From Octopus sinensis (lineage: Eukaryota), in the NCBI RefSeq assembly GCF_006345805.1, contig NC_043004.1, positions 14,570,001 through 14,634,000 of the forward strand: 64,000 bases of DNA, given 5' to 3'. Below are positions 57,294 through 64,000 of this stretch, one piece after another (position 1 is the stretch's first letter; the number at the start of each line of letters is the position of its first letter). The translations under genes were made by a program, and so were the position numbers. The notes under the pieces are model-generated. The model was not told where the DNA came from. It saw nothing but the letters and a program-made list of their open reading frames with translations, and did no database searches.

Positions 57294-57600
57294 TAACAAT
57301 ATAACAGGTCTTGAGTATTGAGATCATCTCGAGTAGTTCAAACTTTATTCCCTTCAGAACCACAGTGAGCTCTATAACATTTGTATGACGTGAAAAATAA
57401 TCCAACACCAGTGTCCAAAAGACGTTGACATAAAGTTTAAGGTTCAGCAAAGTCTTTGTTCGTATGCCAGCCGTCTTCTACAAAAACCATGCTCGCGTCA
57501 CATCACAACACTACGCAGAACTATGTCACTTCCCTTTAACACATGCCAAGACACATAAAAGAAATATAACTCAGTATTTTCTGTTACCCAAGCTACAGAA
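56940..57600 (+). mobile_element. Decayed CR1-type LINE fragment split by (CA)n
   Basis: KDLGEIIGNNLS.NAHI..ILRIFQFRD..ITGLEY..KLYSLQ. Confidence 0.75.
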
Positions 57601-57626
57601 TTTACAATACCCATTCATAGATGTAT

Positions 57627-57660
<34 letters not shown>

Positions 57661-58334
57661 CTATATATGTATACGTGTGTGTGTGTGTGTATACATACAT
57701 ATATATATATAGTTCTGGAGGGTAGAATCATTTCAATGCGGGTGCTCCTCCACATCCCCCTCATCCTCCACTGCCACCTCCTCCATTTCCTTCGTCGACT
57801 TCCTTCTCTTCCAACTCACCACTTCTTTCTTCTTCTTGTTCTACTCATTTATCTTCTCGCCTTCACTTCTACTGCTTCTTTACCCACTAACCTTACTTGA
57901 ATCTGCTTTGTTACTGACACTTTACTTGCCCTGTCCATCTTCTCAAAATCTATTTACGTTTTTATTTTTATTTATAATTTGTTTCCTCGCGAGAGAGGCA
58001 GCACAAAAACAGTGGAAGACGCTCAATGTAAGAACACGCGCAAATATTGGGCTAATTTTCACTTGGAACATTTTGCTCGAACTGGTGTTAAATCAGAGTT
58101 GGAACAGAAATAATTGTAACTGGTTGTTAAAATATGTTAAAATATTTCTTTACTTTCTAATTTTAATTATATAAATATGGAGAGAGAGAGATGGCAAGAG
58201 AAAGAGGGGCAATTATGCAGATAAACAAACTGACTATAACAGCTTGGGTTGATATACTATATATATATATAATATATATATTATATATATATATATGTGT
58301 GGTGTGTATGTATGTAAGTATGTATATATAAGTG

Positions 58335-58372
<38 letters not shown>

Positions 58373-58380
58373 ATATATAT

Positions 58381-59259
58381 TGGTAAAACGGTAAGATAAC
58401 AAAAGAAAGAAAGAGACCTCAATATTATGTAAATAGAGGAAATTATCTATAAAATAATATGTTACATTACTCGATAGTCAAGATAAAACTCTGAGTTTTA
58501 GATGCCGAAGTTTCAGATGCTACCGTAGACTCTATAACCACTAAAGACACCGTTTCGACGAAGAAATACGTGGGACTCACAGAAGGTAATTCCAAGGCCA
58601 GGTTCAATAACCACACTTTGAGCTTTAGGCACTGGAACAAAAGAAAACGACACCATTATCTAATCATATTTGGTCTTTAAGAGATAAAGGTGTCGATTAT
58701 AACATACAATGGAAGATTTTGGCCAAATGTAAGCCCTATACCAACGGCAGCGGAAGGTGCGGTCTGTGTGACATGGAGAGATGGCTTATCTGGAAAAGCA
58801 GCTTAGACCCTACTACATGTCTAAACTCAAGGACAGAACTTTTCGGATCATGCCCATATGGGACTAAATTTCTGTTACGTTTTTGGTCCCCTAAAGAAAA
58901 CAGATAGAACATGCTTTCTATGTTATGTTCCAAGAAGGGTTTTTTTACCACATCACACCTTCTATCACATATTTTTTATATATATTTTATGTATATATAT
59001 ATTTTTATATATTTTTATGTATTTTTATATAATTTTTAATGGCGAAAAATGCGAGTGAAGATGTGTACGTTTACATAGCGATGTATAAGTACGCAGGCAA
59101 GCAGAGTTATAACACAGTATTTTCCCTTTGTATAACGGTATCTTTTCATAGCGTTTTCAAATAGCCAGATAACCGAAGAGATGGCGTTGTGGATTCCCAC
59201 TTCGGCATCTGAAACTCAGAGTTTTATCTTGACTATCGAGTAATGTAACATATTATTTT
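58381..59259 (+). mobile_element. Second copy of the GIY-YIG PLE family, with an inverted pLTR as its 5-prime end
   Basis: 58381-58520 is the reverse complement of the pLTR; 58521-58907 is a frameshifted GIY-YIG nearly identical to 7549-7936; direct pLTR at 59160-59259; flanked by (TA)n. Confidence 0.92.
59167..59229 (+). ncRNA. pLTR hammerhead-like motif (CCGAAGA core)
   Basis: Same fold as 8130-8192. Confidence 0.6.
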
Positions 59260-59309
<50 letters not shown>

Positions 59310-59512
59310 AGTAATTGAATGAATTATCTTATTAAGGATAATTCGAAAGATAACCGATACCTGGGTAGCAAATTCACATCAGAAAGAACACGGTTGAAGC
59401 TACGTCGCTAGAGCATAGACTACGTGTCTTCGTGCGGAAATTTGTATGTTTATTTTAAAATTATAAGTATCTGAAAGACTGGAGTTGAACGACTAGTTAA
59501 CAAATATCCTTT

Positions 59513-59597
59513 ATTCTCGACATATGTTTCGAAGGCTGCATATTCCTAATTCCGAAGGAATAAGGAGTACATTATGCAGATTTCTCTTCAGGAAAAT
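59513..59597 (-). ncRNA. Type I hammerhead ribozyme with a fully canonical core
   Basis: Stem I AUUUUC/GAGAAU; CUGAAGA; stem II GAA..CUGCAUA/UAUGCAG..UUC; GAAA; ACAUAUGU palindrome; GUC^ site between 59519 and 59518. Confidence 0.82.
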
Positions 59598-60619
59598 CAA
59601 GGAAACTTGTGTCGACATCAAAATGCACAAAAAACTTTTAGCTGACCGCTCTTAAGGAGCCCATGGCGATAATGAGTGTCTCTTTATAATGAGTGACGTC
59701 AGAGTGGCTGAATGTAGAAGAATCTAGAAGTTTCTAAACGTTCAAGAGTTCAAACGAAGTAGGAAGAAGGAGGCATAAGAATAGTAAGGTGAGAGAGTGC
59801 AGGTCAAAAGAATGGTTGGTTTAAATGATTTCTTTTGTGAATGAGTGCCTGTGTGTGTGACTGTATATAACTGTCTTAATGTGTGTATGTGTATATATAT
59901 ATATAAGGACACAGTAAATGTGTCGAAGCCGACAGGAAGCGTTCGAGGATCTTTTCTAAAAGATGGACAGAATTTCTTACTTAAGTAAATAATTTGAAAC
60001 TTCGTATACTGGTAGAATGTGTCAAAAGAAAACATTAATTTCAATTAGTTTTTTGGAGAAAAATGTATTTTCTAACTTTTACATATTTTAATTCTTCGAA
60101 TTTTAACCAATCGTATTCTCTTTTTGACCTCAATTCATTAGCTGCCGTGTTATTCATCATTATCAGTCTTCTGTTTTCTGTCTTCAAAGGCTTGTTTATT
60201 TCAATGTCATCCCTGACTTACGGACCAATTACTTGTATGTGTGTGTTTTTGTTGTGTATGTGTGTGCGTGTGTATGTTTATTGTGTGTGTGTGTTTGTTG
60301 TGTGTCTGTGTATGTGTTATTGTTGTGTATGTGTGTGTGTGTTTTTTTTGTTGTGTATGTGTGTGTGTATTTTTGTTGTTTATGTGTGTGTGTGTGTGTG
60401 TGTCTTTTTGTTGTGTATGTGTGCGTGTGTTGTGTATCTCTTAAATCGATGAATTTCGTCGCCCAATAAAAATATTAACGATATTTAAGTTAAAAAAATA
60501 TCGTTAATAAGTACTACTTATAACGGAATATTTTAAAGAAACACTCATTATCGGTATGGGCTCCGTGTGGGCAGTCATCTAAAAGTTTTTGTGCATCTTG
60601 ATGCTGACATAAGTTCCTT

Positions 60620-60704
60620 GTTTTTCTGATGAGAAGGCGGCATAATGCACCCCTTATTCCTTCGAAATTAGGAATATGCAGCCTTTGAAGCATATGTCGA
60701 AAAT
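60620..60704 (+). ncRNA. Inverted paralogue of the 59513 hammerhead (GAAA mutated to GAAG)
   Basis: GUUUUU-CUGAUGA-GAAGGC.GCAUA/UAUGC.GCCUUU-GAAG-CAUAUG-UC^-GAAAAU. Confidence 0.72.
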
Positions 60705-60898
60705 AAAGGAATTTTGTTAATTCGTCGTTCAACTCATTTATTTGTATTTAAAATAAACACACACATTTTCACACGATAGCAAGTGATCTCTGCCCTAGGC
60801 ATGTAGCTTCAACCGTGTTTTTCTGACGTGAATTTGCTACCCAGGGATCGGTTAACCGAATTATCCATAATAAGATAATTCATTCAACTACTATATAT

Positions 60899-60972
<74 letters not shown>

Positions 60973-60979
60973 AGTATAA

Positions 60980-61016
<37 letters not shown>

Positions 61017-61170
61017 GAGTGAGAGAGCAGTGCATGCCATCAAAGTGACACTAGGGTAAAATACACGAAGCCCAGTATACCCATCATGACTACCCGTCTG
61101 ATAAAGGTACAGCAGTCACATGCATCACAATCAAGGGCACGACATGGTGATCTTGTATCAAGATAAATAT
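61017..61170 (-). mobile_element. Short repeat 3-prime end attached to a (TAA)n tract
   Basis: Unique sequence abutting (TTA)n at 60982-61016; resembles a retroelement 3-prime end. Confidence 0.45.
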
Positions 61171-61224
61171 TATTTTTTAAAACAGTTTCATTCGGCAGGC
61201 TGGAAACAGAAATCTTTCTTTTTC

Positions 61225-61440
61225 AATCTTACATTACCGAATGGATGAACGTAGGGATGCCAAAAGAGCTACTGAAAAATGACCTGCTATTTGTCTAGGT
61301 AAGTCAAATGGTGTTGCTGCAGGTGAGGTTGGCATTTTAGCGACACCAGATGCGTTAGGAAGAACAATTTCTTGGAACCTATGGCTGGAGAGGAAGGTGA
61401 TGGTGCCTGGCTCTTTGGGAAATTGACAGAAGCTAGGCCG
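61225..61440 (+). mobile_element. Possible RTE-type LINE 3-prime remnant
   Basis: RMDERRDAKRATE resembles the RTE C-terminal GH..RM.D.R..KR motif. Confidence 0.4.
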
Positions 61441-61749
61441 ACGTACGTATGTGTGTGTATATGTATGTGTGTGTCTGTGTGTGTATATCATGTGTATGAT
61501 TGTTTGGAAGTGAGTGTGTTATTGGTTGTACGAGTGTGTGTGAGTGTTTGTGTGCGAATACGTCTGTGTGTGCTAACGTCGTTACGAAGCATCCTTGGGG
61601 ATGTATACGAATGTAAGTACGTTATTGAATTTGCGTACAAACATGTACTTTTACAGAGGATTGCACAATACAGAATAAATGTAGAAAATAGTGTGAAAGA
61701 AATATGAATATCATGCATCGAATGATATTCATATAAAAATAAACAGATT

Positions 61750-62480
61750 TTGTGTATAGTACAGGCAACACTTGTTCGTCTACAAATACTTTAATATGAA
61801 AGGAGGAGAATATATATATGTAATGCTGAGAAAAAATTAGTAAAAAACGATATGGACAAACACTTTACAGCTTTATTTGTCCAGATGAGATGAGTTTGAA
61901 AGTTAGATGATGATTGAAGAATAACTCTTAGGAAAGAAGTAGAAGGTACGTAAGAAATATGAGAAAACGAAAAGTGTGGCAAGCTATAGGATCTTGATAG
62001 GTGCCTTTTATGTTTTATTGAAATGGGTAATCACTTCTGTGTTGCCGACTGTAGTTGATTTCTCCAAGTGTTGTAGGCAATTTTCTTTTACGTGGACGTG
62101 TTTCACGGGAGAGGGCTCGACATATATTTGTAATAAGTTGTAATATTTCTTTACCTTATTCTTATTGGTGAGGTTGTTATTTGAGTGTAAATTAACAACC
62201 TTTCTATAATGATTTGTTTGTTAATGGAAAGTTTGAGGGAAATCTTGCTACGAGTGGGATTGTATCCTTTCACATCTGCATATATTTGCAACGTAAACTT
62301 TCCCAACACATAAATTTGTTGAATGAAGGAGGAACTGATGGTGATTTGGAATTCTCCTCGAAGACACATTCACCAGAAGCACATTACTACAAGAGCTAAA
62401 CAAAACTTTTAATAAAATCTAAAATTCGAAATAACGTCAAAACCGTTAACATTAAATGATTGGTGTTACCCATTTAGAAA
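61750..62480 (-). pseudogene. Probable decayed rhodopsin-class GPCR, TM5-TM7 half
   Basis: KFCLALVVMCFW (TM5-like), long loop, then KAPIKIL*LATLFVF joined by a 1-nt shift to ISYVPSTSF (TM6), then CLSISFFTNFFSALHIYILLLSY*SICRR (TM7/helix 8). Confidence 0.5.
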
Positions 62481-62569
62481 TGAAAAGGAAGAACTACAAT
62501 GCATTTATATAAATGTTATTTACACATTATATAAATGTTATTTATATATATTTTTCGATGTTGTTGTTG

Positions 62570-62628
<59 letters not shown>

Positions 62629-64000
62629 GTTGTTATGTTTTTTCCTTCTTTCTTCAAATTTTCTTCCGTTTCTCGCCGAGTGTTTTTCATACACCTAGGG
62701 CAAAGAAGCTCATTGTATGCATTCCCAGATTACACACGCAAATTCACAGATAAAATATGTATTTAAAAATTAATAAATAAATAAATAAATTTATGGATGG
62801 ATGTTGTTTTCACAGCGATTATGCTCTTCTCAGTACATGAGCCGTTCCAGTTAATACGATTTTTTGCACTTCCTGTAGGGATGGTAAGTCTGCATTATTT
62901 TCAAATAGGTTTCAGTACCTTTTTTTATCATTCCTAGAGATCCTACAATCACTGGTACTGTAGTCGCCTTGAGATGCAACATTTTTTTCAATTTATACTA
63001 GCAGGTCTTTATATTTACTAATCTTGTCAAATTCTTTCGCCGCTATATTGTGATCGCAAGGAATACTCATGTCAATTAATAAACACATCTTTTTTGTCTG
63101 ATCTTTTATAATAATATCCGGTTTATTAGCTTTATAGTCTTGTCGGTCTGTACGGGAAAGTCCCATAGAATCGACACATTTTCTCCCTCAGTCACAGCTT
63201 CAGGATGGTGTTTATACCATTTGTCAGCGGTTTTGATTTTATAATACCGACATATTGTCCAATGTAAATACTGGCCGACTCTGTCATGTCTTGCTTTATA
63301 TTGTGCAGGTGCTAAGACTCTACACCTTGAGATTAGGTGTTCTATTGTTTCAATCTTATCGTTACAGAATCGGCATTTCGGGTCAGCTCCATTTTTTATC
63401 ACATTGGCTTGGTAGTTACGAGTCAATAAGCTTTGGTCTTGAGCAGCTAATATGAAACCTTCATTCTCTACTTTTAACCCCGAGCTTCGTAACCATTGGT
63501 GCGTGTGTTTCTGGTCGACATCAGCTTGTTTGCTACGGGCCACTTCCCATCTGCTAGCTAAATTTCCATGTGCTTTTGTCTTTGCAATTAATTTTCTTTT
63601 CTTTGCAGCTGCAGTTGGCGCTTTTCCTTCAGCCTGATCAATCTGGTGGATATCTAAGAGATCAGCAGCGAATTTTTTGCTCCCTTTGAGAATAGAGTGA
63701 AGTTTTTACGGTCTTTCATGTTTTTCAACAAGATTTGGCATCCAATTGTTGGTTGCTTCAAAGTATTTGGCCAGTCCGATTGTGGTGGTTTTGTATGTAA
63801 GTTCAAGTTGGATCAAACCTCGACCTCCCTGAGCTCTGGGAAGGTAAAGGTGATCCACGTCTGCCTTTGGATGGTGCATCTTATTACAAGTCAGTAGCTT
63901 ACGGATTTTTCTGTCAATTTTCATTATTTCACTGGTATTCAAGTTAATCACATTGAAGCTATAAAGAACAACTGGTACTGCTAAGCAATTTATGGCTAAC
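62629..64000 (-). mobile_element. R4/Dong-type LINE (post-RT region, CCHC finger, restriction-like endonuclease), 3-prime end in (TAA)n; runs off the window
   Basis: LYLPRAQGGRGL; AAQDQSLLTRNY; CRFC..ETIEHLISRC..LA..YKARHD.VG..LHW; ILWDF.VQTD; LIDMSIP; terminus joined to (TTA)n at 62573-62628. Confidence 0.92.

Noticed and set aside
60514-60732. ORF with TDNE, vaguely integrase-like
   Set aside because: It is the antisense of the hammerhead-bearing repeat at 60530-60735

Overview
AT-rich, microsatellite-saturated eukaryotic DNA with no intact protein-coding gene. The recurring tRNA-derived SINE families and the extreme (TA)n/(CA)n density look like an octopus (cephalopod) genome; this is an inference, not a database result. 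The window is a mosaic of SINEs, Penelope-like element (PLE) fragments with GIY-YIG endonuclease, CR1-type and R4/Dong-type LINE fragments, Tc1/mariner relics, a TA-flanked MITE, a Helentron-associated (HINE-like) element and probable decayed rhodopsin-class GPCR pseudogenes. The most interesting hidden layer is RNA structure. At least six unrelated short repeat families, several abutting (TA)n tracts, carry type I hammerhead ribozyme folds, each with a different palindromic stem III (ACGU, ACAUAUGU, ACGUACGU, ACAAUUGU, ACUCAGAGU). Some have family-level core variants (CCGANGA, CUGUNGA), and one has its core locked by a perfect 17-bp antisense hairpin. A non-coding ~715-bp unit occurs as 1.1-mer and 1.5-mer partial tandems (retrozyme-like). 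All folds were made by eye; none was computed or tested.
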